Of a stretch of DNA of 64,000 nucleotides, positions 27,652 to 38,947 are shown piece after piece. A model generated the notes under the pieces. The model was not told the origin of the DNA. It was given only the letters and a program-made list of their open reading frames with translations, and ran no database searches. The stretch comes from Anaeromyxobacteraceae bacterium. Its GTDB lineage: Bacteria > Myxococcota > Myxococcia > Myxococcales > Anaeromyxobacteraceae. The DNA is taken from NCBI GenBank assembly GCA_047602405.1, contig JASGHJ010000002.1:2720001-2784000 (forward strand). Reading direction: 5' to 3'. The first letter of the stretch is position 1. The number at the start of each line of letters is the position of its first letter. The position numbers and the translations under genes were made by a program.

Positions 27652-28379
27652 CCCAGCCCCTCCTCGGATCCGATGGCCGCCACGAACGCGTCCTCCAGGC
27701 TCTCCTTGCCCGTCGCCCGGCGCAGCTCCTCCGGCGTGCCCTGCGCCACCACCTCGCCCCGCGCGATCACCACCACCCGGTCGCACAGGAGCGCGACCTC
27801 CTGCATCACGTGCGACGAGAACAGCACGCAGCGCCCCTCGTCGCGCAGCCGCTTCAGGAGCGCCCGCACAGCGCGGGTCGCCCCGACGTCGAGGCCGTTC
27901 GTGGGCTCGTCGAGCACCACGTTCCTCGGGTCGTGCACGAGCGCGCGCGCGAGCGCCACCTTCACCCGCTGCCCCTGCGAGAACCCGTCGGTGCGGCGGT
28001 CGGCGATCTCCTTCATGTCGAGGAGCGCGAGCACCTCCTCCACGCGCTTCTCGAGCGGCGCGCCCTCCATTCCCTGCAGCTCGGCGAAGTAGCGCACGTG
28101 CTCGCGCGCCGTGAGGCGCGGGTAGAGCCCCTGCGCGTGCGGCAGCACGCCGAGCCGCTTCTGCGCGGCGATGCGGTCGGCCGCGAGATCCAGGCCGTCG
28201 ACGGTCGCGCGGCCCTCGTCGGGCGCGAGCACGCCGTACAGCACGCGGAGCGCGGTGGTCTTCCCGGCCCCGTTCGGCCCGAGCAGGCCGGTCACCTGGC
28301 CGTCCGCGACCTCGAACGACACGCCCCGGAGCGCCTCCACCTTCCCGAACCGCTTCTTCACCCCCGCGAGCGCGATCAC
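27648..28379 (-). CDS. ABC transporter ATP-binding protein, NatA-like
   Basis: 'GPNGAGKTT', 'FSQGQR', 'LDEPTNGLD', 'FSSH'. Confidence 0.9.
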   Translation of the reverse strand: MIALAGVKKRFGKVEALRGVSFEVADGQVTGLLGPNGAGKTTALRVLYGVLAPDEGRATVDGLDLAADRIAAQKRLGVLPHAQGLYPRLTAREHVRYFAELQGMEGAPLEKRVEEVLALLDMKEIADRRTDGFSQGQRVKVALARALVHDPRNVVLDEPTNGLDVGATRAVRALLKRLRDEGRCVLFSSHVMQEVALLCDRVVVIARGEVVAQGTPEELRRATGKESLEDAFVAAIGSEEGLG

Positions 28380-29866
28380 GGCGAGCCTCCCTGCGCGTCG
28401 AGGAACGGCGGCGCGGCGCGCACGCGCTCGAGGCAGCCGGTGTCGAGCCCGTCCGCGGTCCCCGCCTCGAGGAACGCCGCGGCGACGCGGGGCATGCAGC
28501 CCCGGAAGAAGACGCCGTGCCCCTGGCCGGGCAGGACGAGGTGCTTCGCCCTGGGCAGGTCCTGCGCCGCGAGCTCGGCCCAGCGCGGCGGCGTCACGGG
28601 GTCGGCCTCCCCGGACATGAGGAGCGCCGGCGCCTGGATCTTCACCGTCCGGCGGAAGACCGCGTCGTCCACCGGCTTCACCGGCCAGCTGGCGCAGAGG
28701 TTCAGGAACTGGTCGCGCACCCTCGCGCCGAACCAGCCGCCGCCCGCGGGCGGCGCCTTCTCGTAGAAGGGGATGTCCTCCTTGCAGATCACCGAGAGCT
28801 GCATGGCCCGGGCGATGGTCGTCTCGATGTCGCCGGAGACGATCTGGACCGCGCCCGCGAGCGGCACGAAGTCGCCGCCCGCCGCGGCGTGGACGAGCGG
28901 CGGGAGGAGCGCGACCGTCTCGCCGGTGTAGGCGAAGGAGAAGAGGACCTGCCGGAGCTCGTCGGCGCCGAACGAGCGCGGCTTCGGCTCGTTCGTGAGC
29001 GCGTCGCGGACCTCCACCTTCACCGGGGCGGCGGCGAGCCTCGCGAGGAGCCCCTCGACGTCCTTGCGGAGGTCGGGGAAGCGCGCCTTGCAGCCGGGCT
29101 CGGCGGCGCAGCGCCCGACGAGCTTCTCGATCGCGGCCTGCCCGTCGGGCTCGAAGGTGTCGCCGATCTTCATCGACATCGGCGCGACGCCATCCAGGAC
29201 GAGCGCGCGGACCCGGTCGGGGAACTCCCGCGCGTAGACCTGGGCGGCGCGGGTGCCGTAGGAGAAGCCCACGAGGTCGACCTTCTCGTACCCGAGCGCG
29301 GCGCGGACCCGCTCGAGGTCGCGCACGAAGGTGACGGTGTCGTAGGCGTCGAGGTCGGTGCGCTTCGCGAGCGCGGCGGCGCACGCGCCCACCACCCGGC
29401 GCTGCTCCTCCGGCGAGAGCGGCCGGCCCACCGCGGGCTGCGGCACCTCCGGGCACTCGAGCTTGCCCGAGCCGCCGGTGCCGCGCTGGTCGACGAGCAC
29501 GACGTCGCGCTTGCGCTGGATGCGCTGGAACGCCTTCGCGAGCTGCGGGTAGACCTCGGTCGCGGCCTGGCCGGGGCCGCCCGCGAGCACGAAGACGGCG
29601 TCGGGCGCGGGGGAGCCCTCCGCCCCGGCCACCGCCACACGGAGCGTCAGGGTGCGCGCGCCCGCGGGGACCGCCTCGCCCGGCGCGGGCTCGACGAGCG
29701 GCACGTCCAGGGTGCCGCAGCGGGCGGCGACGCGCTGGGCGCCGAAGCCGGGCGGGGAGAGCTGACACGGTGCGAGCTCGATGCCTCGGCGCGGCGGCGC
29801 CGCGCGGGCCGTGGAGCCGAGGGCCAGCGCGGCGAGCGTCGCGAGCACGCCAGGGAGCGTTCTCAT
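28376..29866 (-). CDS. Secreted alpha/beta hydrolase (TAP-like peptidase)
   Basis: Signal peptide, 'GGPGQ', 'DQRGTGGS', nucleophile 'GFSYG', 'DPVTP', 'GQGHG'. Confidence 0.88.
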   Translation of the reverse strand: MRTLPGVLATLAALALGSTARAAPPRRGIELAPCQLSPPGFGAQRVAARCGTLDVPLVEPAPGEAVPAGARTLTLRVAVAGAEGSPAPDAVFVLAGGPGQAATEVYPQLAKAFQRIQRKRDVVLVDQRGTGGSGKLECPEVPQPAVGRPLSPEEQRRVVGACAAALAKRTDLDAYDTVTFVRDLERVRAALGYEKVDLVGFSYGTRAAQVYAREFPDRVRALVLDGVAPMSMKIGDTFEPDGQAAIEKLVGRCAAEPGCKARFPDLRKDVEGLLARLAAAPVKVEVRDALTNEPKPRSFGADELRQVLFSFAYTGETVALLPPLVHAAAGGDFVPLAGAVQIVSGDIETTIARAMQLSVICKEDIPFYEKAPPAGGGWFGARVRDQFLNLCASWPVKPVDDAVFRRTVKIQAPALLMSGEADPVTPPRWAELAAQDLPRAKHLVLPGQGHGVFFRGCMPRVAAAFLEAGTADGLDTGCLERVRAAPPFLDAQGGSP

Positions 29867-30006
29867 GCGGCGCATTCAACCACCCGCGCCGCGCGCGGCA
29901 AGGGAAACACGACGGGTGACGTGTCGATTCTAGAAGAGTTGCGTCGTCCCTGCGGTTTTCTCTCGGTGCGACCCGCCGCCGCAATTCACGGTGCGTCCGC
30001 GCCCGC

Positions 30007-31190
30007 TCACTCCCGGGGGATGCCCACCTGCGCGCGCAGCTCGACGGGCTCGCCGGCGAACGACGGGAACGTCGTGCGGGCGACGGTGCGGCGCAGGCAG
30101 GAGGCGATCTCGGTCGGCTCGAGCGCGGGGTCGTCCACCCGCGCGGTCGCGGCGCCGGTGCCGGCGACCTTCACGAGGAGCAGCGCGGAGCGCCCCTGCC
30201 ACGCGGCGCCGCCCGCCGAGGTCGCGGCGTAGTCGAAGCACGCATCGAGCGCCGCGCGCCGGCCGTCGAGCACGCGCGAGAGCTCGGTGGGGTCGGGGAG
30301 GCCGGTGCGGACGGGGGCGTCCTGCTTGCGCAGGAGCGTCGCCGCGAGGCCGGGGTCGACCGCGGTCGGCGCGGCCGGCGCCGGGACCTTGCCGCCCTGG
30401 CCCTCGAACGCGACGCGGGCGCTCGTCGGCGGCGGCGCGGGAGCCGGTGCCGGAGGGGGGCGCGCCGCGGGCTTCGCGGCGGGTCGCGGGCGGGCGGCGG
30501 ACGGCGGCGCGGCGGCGACGGGGACGGGGCCGGCCGCGGGTCTCGCGACCGCTCCGGTCGGCATCGGGTAGGCGGGGTACTGGGCTGGAGCAGGAGCGGG
30601 AGCTGGAACCGGTGCAGGTGCAGCGACGGCGGATGACGCTCCCCCTCCTGGTCCTGATCGTGAACCGGACCCTGCTCCGGATCCCGCCGAAGCCGCCCGG
30701 AACAGCAGCCCGACGATGAGCAGCAGCACGGCGGCGGCGGCCGAGGTGATGGCGAGCGTCAAGCGCCGCTCGCGCGCGGCCTGCTTGCGCCGCTGGAAGA
30801 GCGGCAGCTCGTCCGAGAGCCCGAGGTCGATCGGGATCTCCTCGGTCCCGTAGTCCGGGGGGACCGCCTGGGCCGACGCCGGCGGAGGGACCTCGCGCGG
30901 GAGCGGCGGCGGGGCGACGGCGCGCGCGGCCGGGCCCGGCGCGGGACCCGGGAGCGGAGCCGGGCCGGCCTCCACCGGCGGCACGACGTCGAGCGGGAGC
31001 TCGAGGGACGGCATCGCCCCGGCGTCCCGCGGTGCGCCGGCGTCGAAGCCGTCGGGCGCCTCCCACGGGACCGGGGCCTGGACCGTCAGGAGGGTCCCAC
31101 ACCGGCCACAGCGGATTTGTAGACGCGGCCCGGGAACGGCTCGTCCACGCTGGCGAAGCGTTTGCCGCAGCTGTGGCAGACGAACTTCAC
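30007..31190 (-). CDS. Zinc-ribbon + TM + Pro-rich + AgmX/PglI-like C-terminal domain protein; apparent -1 frameshift at about 31116
   Basis: MKFVCHSCGKRF...YK[I]RCGRCG is restored by adding one base at GATTT (31114-31118); C-terminus 'LDACF...SCLRR..FPSFAGEPV'. Confidence 0.7.
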
Positions 31191-31300
31191 GGGAGGGTCG
31201 AACGTACCGCGCCCCGCGCCCGGGATCGAGTGTGCTAGAGTCCCTCCCTCGGGGTCCCGGTCGGGTGACGGGACAGGGCGGAAGTCGCGCCGCGGGCTTC

Positions 31301-34103
31301 ATGGGAAGGGTGGCGGGTCGGATGGGCGGGTCCCAGGTCTCCACAGGCGCAGCCGTCTCCTCGCGTGCACGCGCCCCCCGCGCGTCGCTCACGCCGTTCC
31401 ACCAGCGCATCGCCGCGGAGGCGCTCACCGCGCGCTCGGGCGCCGGCGCCTCCCGGCTCGCCCCCGCCCTCGCCCACTCCTCCGTCGACCTCAACCCGCA
31501 CCAGATCGAGGCGGCCGCGTTCGCCCTCGCCGCCCTGCCCACCGGCGGCGCCGTGCTCGCCGACGAGGTCGGCCTCGGCAAGACCATCGAGGCGGGCATG
31601 GTGCTCGCCCAGCTCGCCGCGGAGGGCAAGGGGCGCGCGATCATCCTCGTGCCCTCCTCGCTGCGCGCGCAGTGGCGGGACGAGCTCTCCTCGAAGTTCG
31701 GCCTCGACTCCGACGTCATCGACGGCGACTCGGTGCGCGCGGCGGCGAAGGCCGGGCACCGCCTCAACCCGTTCGACACCGGGCGCATCGTCATCTGCTC
31801 GCACCCGTTCGCGGCGATGCACGCGACCGAGATCGAGCGCATCCCCTGGGACGTCGCGGTCATCGACGAGGCCCACCGCCTGCGCAACGCCTACCGGCGC
31901 GACCACCGCACCGGCCAGGCGCTCAGGAAGGCGCTGAGGAAGTGCCCGAAGCTCCTCCTCACTGCCACCCCGCTCCAGAACGATCTCATGGAGCTCCTCG
32001 GGCTGGCCGCGTTCATCGACGACGCGCTGCTCGGCACCGAGGACGCGTTCCGGCTCCAGTACGCGTCCGGCGAGCTCACCGAGGACAAGGCCGCGGACCT
32101 CAAGGCCCGGCTCGCGCCGGTGGTGGTCCGCACGCTGCGCCGCCAGGTGCGGGAGTACGTGAAGTACACCGCGCGCCGCTCGTGCGTGGAGGACTTCGCC
32201 CCCTCCGCCGAGGAGCAGGCGCTCTACGACCGCGTCTCCGACTACCTCCGCCGCGACGACACCTACGGCATCCCGCTCGCCCGCCGGGCCCTGTTCCTCC
32301 TCGTCTACCGGAAGATCCTCGCCTCCTCGACGTACGCCCTCGCCGCGACCCTCGAGCGGCTCGCCGACTCGGTCGACATGAAGCTCGCGGGCGCCGAGGC
32401 GGAGGCCGACGCGGACCTCCTCCTCGACCTGCACGGCTTCGAGGACGAGGCCGAGGAGCTGATGGACGAGGCGAGCGCGCTGCCCGCCCGCCCGAAGGGC
32501 CCGCAGGCCGTCCGGAAGATGAAGGACGAGCTGAAGGAGCTGCGCGAGTGCGCGCGGCTCGCCCGCTCCATCCAGGTGAACGCGAAGGGCGAGGCGCTCG
32601 TGCGCGGCCTCGATCGCGCCTTCACGGTGGCGAAGGCGTGCGGCTGGCCGGAGAAGGCCGTCGTCTTCACCGAGTTCCGCCGCACGCAGGAGTACCTGAC
32701 GAAGCTCCTCGAGAAGCGGGGCTACACCGTCACCTGCCTCTCGGGCGACGTCTCCGGCGCCGACAAGCGCCAGGCGCTCGTGAACGAGTTCCGCAACCGC
32801 ACCCAGATCCTGCTGATGACCGAGGCGGGCGCGGAGGGGCTCAACCTCCAGTTCTGCAACCTCGTCGTCAACTACGACCTGCCCTGGAACCCGCAGCGCG
32901 TCGAGCAGCGCATCGGCCGCTGCCACCGCTACGGGCAGGAGCGCGACGTCCTCGTCGTGAACTTCCTCAACCGGCGGAACGCCGCCGACGAGCGGCTCTA
33001 CACCCTGCTCTCCGAGAAGCTCGCGCTCTTCGACGGCGTCTTCGGCTCCTCCGACGAGGTCCTCGGCGCGCTCGGCAGCGGCATCGACTTCGAGAAGCGG
33101 ATCCTCGAGATCTACCAGGCGTGCCGGTCGGGCGACGAGATCGACCAGGCCTTCTCGAAGCTCCGCGCCGAGCTCGACGCCCGCATCTCGGCGCGCTTCG
33201 CGGCGGCCCGCACGCTGCCTCTTCGAGCGCTTCGACGGCGAGGTCCGCGGGCGCCTCCGGATCGCCGAGAAGGCCGCCAAGGAGGCCGTCGAGCGCCGCG
33301 AGGCCGAGGAGGACGCGCTCGTCGCGTCCGTGCTCGAGGGCGAGGAGAACCCGACCGGCAACGAGCCCGCCGCGCGCCGCGGCCGCGCGAAGAAGGTCCG
33401 GGAGGCCGCCGAGAAGGTGAAGGCCCGCCCGCAGGACGCGGTGTCCTTCCTCGAGCTGCCCGCGGCGAGCCTGCCCGCGAAGCTCGGCCGCCTCGCCGGG
33501 CGCGAGGGCTGGTGGTTCGTCTACAAGTGCGGCTTCGACGCGCTCGTCGCCGAGGAGCGGGTCGTCCACCTCGTGCTGTGGTGCGACGGCGAGCGGTGGA
33601 CCGCGCTCTCGTCCGAGGACGCCGAGGCCTTCGCGGCGCTGCCCGCCGCCGACCTGTCCGGCGACCGCAAGGGGCCGCGCCCGGTGCCCTCGGCGCTCGT
33701 GCCGGTCGGCCCGGCGCAGGAGGAGGCCCTCGCGGCCGCCCTCGCCCGCATCGCCGGCGAGGTGGCCGAGCGCTCCGGCACGGCCTTCGACGCCTCCCGG
33801 GAGCGCTGGGACCGGTCCGCCGAGGACGCCCTCGCCGCACCGCGCAAGGCGGTCGAGGACGCGCGCACGGCCTGGGTCCGGGCGCGCGCCGCCCGCGAGG
33901 AGGCCTCCGACCTCCCGCTCAAGGACCGCCGGGCGCTGCTCGAGCGGGCCGAGCGCGAGTACCGCAAGAAGCTCGACGACCTCAGGGCCACCGAGGCCCA
34001 GCGCTACGCCGAGAAGGACCGGGCCCTCGCGGAGCTCCGCCGCCGCGCCGAGCCGAAGGAGCGGCGGAGCCTGGTCGCGACGGCCTACTGGCGTTGTGGT
34101 TAG
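31301..34103 (+). CDS. SNF2-family helicase (RapA/HepA-like); apparent +1 frameshift at about 33219; start uncertain
   Basis: 'LADEVGLGKT', 'DEAH', 'TATPLQN', 'EGLNLQ', 'QRIGRCHRYGQ'; removing one C in GCCTCTTC restores 'LFERFDGEVRGRL'. Confidence 0.88.
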
Positions 34104-34934
34104 ATGGCGCCGATGGCCCTCCGCCACGCGCGCTATCGCCTGCTCGCCGTCTCCGCCGCGCTCGTCGCGCTCGTCCCGCTGCCGGTCGCCTGGGCGATCC
34201 GGGATCCCGGCCAGCTCGCCGGCGCCTACTTCGGCTGGGGGCTCGCGCTCTGGATCGTCGCCGCGGGCGGGGCGGTCGTCGCCGCGACCACCTTCCGCGC
34301 GGGCGAGCCGCAGCGGCCGGGCTGGTTGCTCCTCGGCGGCGCGTACCTCGCCTTCGCCGCGATCGTCCTGTTCGTCGGGCCCCGGACCGCCCACCTGCTC
34401 CCCCCCGACCCCGCCGGCTCGCCCTGGGCGATCTTCGTCTCGAACGTGCTCTGGAGCGCCCTCTCCGTCGCGGGGTACGTCGTGCTGTCCCGCGCGTGGC
34501 GCGGGTCGGGCCTCGACCCCACGAGCCCCGCCGAGCACGTCGTCTCGCGCGTCATCGCCTTCGGCATCGCGGCCTTCCTCGCCGGCCCCGACCTCGTCGA
34601 CCGCTTCCCGGTCGCGCTGCAGGGCGACCCGGTGGCGATCGCCGACTGCCTCACCGACGTCCTCGACGGTGCGCTCTTCTTCGTGGCGGTGCCGGTGCTG
34701 CAGGCGGCGCGGGCCCTCGGCGGCGGCATCGTGGCCTGGCCCTGGCTGTTCCTCACCGCGAGCGTCGCCGGCTGGCTCGGCTACGACGCCATCGCGGTCT
34801 ACGGCGAGGCGGTCGGCCTCGGCGCCCGGGGCATCCGCGTGGGCGAGGAGGTCATGCGGACCCTCGGCGGCGTGTGCACCCTCACCGCCGGCATGGCCCA
34901 GCGGTGGGTCATGACGGACGCCCTCGAGCGCTGA
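34104..34934 (+). CDS. Multi-pass membrane protein
   Basis: About seven hydrophobic segments; abuts the helicase stop. Confidence 0.7.
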   Translation: MAPMALRHARYRLLAVSAALVALVPLPVAWAIRDPGQLAGAYFGWGLALWIVAAGGAVVAATTFRAGEPQRPGWLLLGGAYLAFAAIVLFVGPRTAHLLPPDPAGSPWAIFVSNVLWSALSVAGYVVLSRAWRGSGLDPTSPAEHVVSRVIAFGIAAFLAGPDLVDRFPVALQGDPVAIADCLTDVLDGALFFVAVPVLQAARALGGGIVAWPWLFLTASVAGWLGYDAIAVYGEAVGLGARGIRVGEEVMRTLGGVCTLTAGMAQRWVMTDALER

Positions 34935-35011
34935 CCGGGCGGCCGCTCCCTCCTTCGCGGAGGCGCGGTCGCGAGCTTGCGAGGTGCGCGGGCGCGTGGG
35001 AGCTTTCGCCC

Positions 35012-36020
35012 ATGAGCCCGCTCCCCCTCCCCGCCCCTCGACGTCGCCGACGTGATCAACGTGACCGCGCCCACGGGCCGGCGGATCCTGGACGTCGGCT
35101 GCGGAGACGGCGAGGTCGGCGCCGCGCTCCTCCAGGCGGGCGCCGCCGAGGTGGTGGGCCTCGACGCCTGCGCGCGCGGCCTCACCCGCTCGCGGCTGAC
35201 CGCGACCTTCCGGCTCGCGGCCGACGCCGCGCCGGAGCTGCCCTACCCCGACGGCTACTTCGACGTCGTGCTCGTCGAGGACTTCTCGGCGCTCCAGGTG
35301 CCGAACGCCACCCTGCGCCACCTGCGCCGCTGGCTCGCGGACGACGGCCGGCTGGTCGTCGTCGCACCGAACGCGACCCATGAGGCCGCGCTCGTGACGC
35401 TGCTCGGCAGCGGCCACTGGCCCACCGGCGCCGGCCTGCGCCCCTCGACGGTGGGCGCGATGCTCGACAGCCTCGCCGACGTGGGCTTCGCCGCGGAGGA
35501 CGAGGTGGTCCTCGCCCGCACCCAGCCCGGTCCCGCCGCGCCGCTCCTGAAGCAGTTCGCCGAGGCGCTCGGCGCCGATCCGGCCCGCATGGAGGACGGC
35601 CTCACGCTCGTGCGGGCCATCGTGGGCGCCCGCCCGACCGCGGCGCGCGGCGTGCGCGCCGAGCCGATCCCGGATCCCTGGCGCGGCTCCCGGCCGGTGA
35701 AGGTGCTCGTCGCCCCGGACCTCGAGGACGGCGGGGGCTGGGTGGACGCCGTCGGCGCGCTCGCCCAGGGGCTGTCGGGCAACGCCGGCGTGACCCTCGC
35801 GGTCGCCCTGCCCGGCCCGCTCCTCTCGAGCCCGCCCGCGGCGCTGCAGGCGGTCTCCGAGGCGGCCGACGTCGACATGGTCCTCATCGAGGCGCCCGCG
35901 GACGACACCGGCTGGGCGCGGCTGCTCGCCGGCGCGAGCACCTGGGTCGTGACCACGCCCGACCCCACGCTCGTCGCGCTGGCCCGCCAGGTCGGGCTGG
36001 ACCTTCAGCTGCCGGAGTGA
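35012..36020 (+). CDS. Class I SAM methyltransferase with uncharacterised C-terminal domain (possible 1-nt excess in a C-run near 35035; otherwise start 35052)
   Basis: 'ILDVGCGDG', 'YPDGYFDVV', 'DGRLVVVAPN'. Confidence 0.75.
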
Positions 36021-37003
36021 CCATGACCGCCTCGAAGGTGTTCGTCCTGCCCTCCGGAGTGAAGCTGATCGCCGCCGTCGAGGCGGAGGACGCCTCGGGC
36101 TGGACGCTCTCCGCGCCCATGGAGCTCGGCGCGGGCGACCACGAGGGGCTGACCCCGTTCCTCCCGCACGCCCTGGTCGACCGGTTCGTCCTCCGGCGCG
36201 AGCTCGTCCTCGCCGCGTACGAGCCCGGCCCGCCGCTGCGGGACCGTCACCTCGAGGCGGGCTGGAAGTTCTCGGCCACCGCCGGCGCCCGGCTCGCCGG
36301 CGCGGCCGCGGCGCCCGGGGCGGCGCCCTCCCCGCCGGTGCTCCCGCCGCCCGGGAAGAACCGCGCCGAGGGGGACGTCGACCGGCTGGTCCACGAGCAC
36401 TTCTTCGCGGGCCGCTCCTACCGCGGGGTCTTCGTGGACGTCGGCGCCGCCCGCCCCGACTTCCTCTCCGTCAGCGCGCTCTACCGCGGGCTCGGCTGGC
36501 GCGTGCTCGCGCTCGAGCCGAACCCGGAGTTCGCCGAGCTGCAGCGGAGGGCCGGGAGCGAGGTGCTGCAGTACGCCTGCGGCGCGCGGGACGAGGACGA
36601 CGTCGAGTTCACCCTCGTCAACCAGCACGGCCAGGCCTACGAGGGCGGCAAGGTGAGCTACGAGTCGTTCTCGTCGCTCGGCATCAAGCCGGAGTACGCC
36701 GCGCTCAAGTCCGACCTCGACAAGCGCCACATCCGCGTGAAGCTGCGCCGGCTCGACACCGTGCTGCGCCAGCACGCGCCCGAGGTGCGCGACCCCGACA
36801 TCCTGTCGGTGGACGTCGAGGGCTGGGAGATGGAGGTCCTCGACGGCCTCGACCTCGCCCGGAACCGGCCCCGGGTCATGGTGATCGAGAACCTGTTCAA
36901 GTCCCAGGCCTACGTCGACCGCCTGGCGCGCGACGGGTACGTGCTCTGGCGGCGCCTCGAGCCGAACGACGTCTACGTCGACCGCGCGCTCGTCGGGGCC
37001 TGA
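36017..37003 (+). CDS. FkbM family methyltransferase with N-terminal extra domain
   Basis: 'GVFVDVGA', 'LEPNP', 'LSVDVEGWEMEVLDG'. Confidence 0.88.
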   Translation: MTMTASKVFVLPSGVKLIAAVEAEDASGWTLSAPMELGAGDHEGLTPFLPHALVDRFVLRRELVLAAYEPGPPLRDRHLEAGWKFSATAGARLAGAAAAPGAAPSPPVLPPPGKNRAEGDVDRLVHEHFFAGRSYRGVFVDVGAARPDFLSVSALYRGLGWRVLALEPNPEFAELQRRAGSEVLQYACGARDEDDVEFTLVNQHGQAYEGGKVSYESFSSLGIKPEYAALKSDLDKRHIRVKLRRLDTVLRQHAPEVRDPDILSVDVEGWEMEVLDGLDLARNRPRVMVIENLFKSQAYVDRLARDGYVLWRRLEPNDVYVDRALVGA

Positions 37004-37013
37004 GCGGGGCGGG

Positions 37014-38936
37014 CTACACGAGCTCGATGCCGCCGCGCGCGAGCTTCTCGTGCTCGGCGTCGGCCGGGCTGCGGAACTCGGCCTGGTTGACCGGATCGGA
37101 GAGGTACCGCCCGACGATGATGGGCATGCGGCGGAGCTTCTTCCCGGTCTTCTCGAGCAGCATCCACCAGACCGCGTCGGCGATGACGCGGATCGGGGTG
37201 CGGTCGCCGAACTGCCACGGGTAGCGGGCGATCTGACCGTGCAGGGCCGTCCGCCAGGCGCAGGCGGGCCCGAAGGTGCCCGGCGTGCGCGTGCCGCTGC
37301 CGAGCCGCGCCTTCCTGCCCGGGCGCGGCGGCCACTCGGTGACCATCGGCAGGGCGTCGGCGGGCGCGCACGGCTCCGGCGTGTCGGCCTCCTCCTGCGT
37401 GAAGCAGATCCGCCAGTCGCCGCCGACGAGGTCGGCGCCGGCATCGAGGGCGTGCTGGTACAGGTCGACGGCCTCGGGGTTGAGCCGGTCGTCGAGGTTC
37501 AGGTTCATGACGAACTCGGTGCGCACGAGCGGCAGCGCCACGTTCCAGGCCTCGTAGAGGCCGAGCGGCTCGCGCGACACCACCACCTTGCCCTTCAGCC
37601 AGTCGGGCGGCGTGTCGTTGCCGTCGAACACGTAGACGCGCTCCACCGGCACGAGCTGGGCGTCGAGGCACGCCTGGTGCCCGCGGAGCCGCTCGAGGCG
37701 CTTCGGATCCTGGTGCCACACGGCGCAGAAGACGGTCGTCCGGGCCACGGTCTTTCCTCCGGGGGCCGCGGCGCCGGGGGCGCCCGCGGGGTGGGTGCTG
37801 AGCGCCACGCGCGGCGAGAGCGCCTGCGCGCGGGAGAGGTCGAGGCGGGGGTGCCGGGCCTGCACGTGCAGGCGCGGCCGCGCCGACGGCCCGGCGAGCG
37901 CCGCGCGCACCGCGGCGGTCACCACCGCGGGCTCGAGGTCCTCGAGGCAGTGGTGCCGCGGGTGGGGGCAGGCCTGCGCGCAGCCGTAGCAGTCGAGCGG
38001 CAGCGCCGCGACGCTGGTGAGCGGGCTCGTGAGGAGGAACCGGCCGAAGAACGCGCCGCCCTGCGCGACCACGTGGGGCACGCCCACCGCGGCGGCGAGC
38101 TGGGCGAGCCCGGACTCCACGCCGACCGCGAGGCGGGCGCGGCGCATGAGCGCCGCGGTCAGGAGGATCGGCTGGCCCTCGCAGAGGTTCACGCCCCGGC
38201 CACCCGCGTCGCGCAGCACCGCGTCCCCGAGCGGCCGCTCGTCCCCGGTGCCGAGGGCGAGGAGCGGCACGCCCTCGGCCGCGAGCGGGCGGAGCGCCTC
38301 GCCGAGGCGCGGGTAGCGCCGGCTGGCGGCGGTCGTGCCCGGGAAGACCGCGATGGCCTCGCCCGCGCGGAGCCCCAGGCGCGCGAGGATCGCGTCCGCC
38401 TCGGCCTCGGCCGCGGGCGGGAGCCAGAGCGTGGGCTCGAGGCGGTCCACCTCGCAGCCGAGCGCGCGGAGGAACGCGGCGTGGCGGTCCACCTCGGGCC
38501 GGTCCGGCGGCGCGGGCGGGAGGAGGCGCGTGTAGACGCGGTCGAGGCGCGCGTGCTCCTCGGCCGTCATGTTGGTCGTGTCGCCGCCGAACCCGATCAC
38601 CTCGGCCGCGCCCGAGGCGTGGGCGAGGAGGTCGCCGAGCGGCTCCCGCGAGTGCACGGCGTGCAGGCACAGGTCGGCGCCGGCGGCGGCCACCCGCGCG
38701 AGCAGCGCCGCGCGGTAGGCCTCGTCGGCGAGCGCGGGCCCGCGCCGGAAGGCCACCACGGCGGAGACGTGCGGGCACGCCTCGTAGACCGGCGCGACCA
38801 CCTCCTGGCACACCACCGTGACCCGCGCGCCGGGGTACCGCCGGGCCACGTGCGGGAGCATCGGGAGCGCGATGAGGTTGTCCCCGACCGCGTCGGGGCG
38901 GAGCCAGAGGACGTGGCGGGGCGTTCCTTCGGGCAC
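37014..38936 (-). CDS. GT9 (heptosyltransferase-like) + GT-A domain fusion
   Basis: 'LRPDAVGD', 'HAAFL', 'AVGVESGLAQLAAAVGVP'; second domain 'GLYEAWNVAL...NLNLDD'. Confidence 0.8.
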   Translation of the reverse strand: MPEGTPRHVLWLRPDAVGDNLIALPMLPHVARRYPGARVTVVCQEVVAPVYEACPHVSAVVAFRRGPALADEAYRAALLARVAAAGADLCLHAVHSREPLGDLLAHASGAAEVIGFGGDTTNMTAEEHARLDRVYTRLLPPAPPDRPEVDRHAAFLRALGCEVDRLEPTLWLPPAAEAEADAILARLGLRAGEAIAVFPGTTAASRRYPRLGEALRPLAAEGVPLLALGTGDERPLGDAVLRDAGGRGVNLCEGQPILLTAALMRRARLAVGVESGLAQLAAAVGVPHVVAQGGAFFGRFLLTSPLTSVAALPLDCYGCAQACPHPRHHCLEDLEPAVVTAAVRAALAGPSARPRLHVQARHPRLDLSRAQALSPRVALSTHPAGAPGAAAPGGKTVARTTVFCAVWHQDPKRLERLRGHQACLDAQLVPVERVYVFDGNDTPPDWLKGKVVVSREPLGLYEAWNVALPLVRTEFVMNLNLDDRLNPEAVDLYQHALDAGADLVGGDWRICFTQEEADTPEPCAPADALPMVTEWPPRPGRKARLGSGTRTPGTFGPACAWRTALHGQIARYPWQFGDRTPIRVIADAVWWMLLEKTGKKLRRMPIIVGRYLSDPVNQAEFRSPADAEHEKLARGGIELV

Positions 38937-38947
38937 GGGCTCGGCTC

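Noticed and set aside
31301..34103. SNF2 helicase as a DISARM/BREX-type defence island
   Set aside because: There is no adjacent DNA methylase, nuclease or PLD gene; nearby methyltransferases are small-molecule or glycan types.
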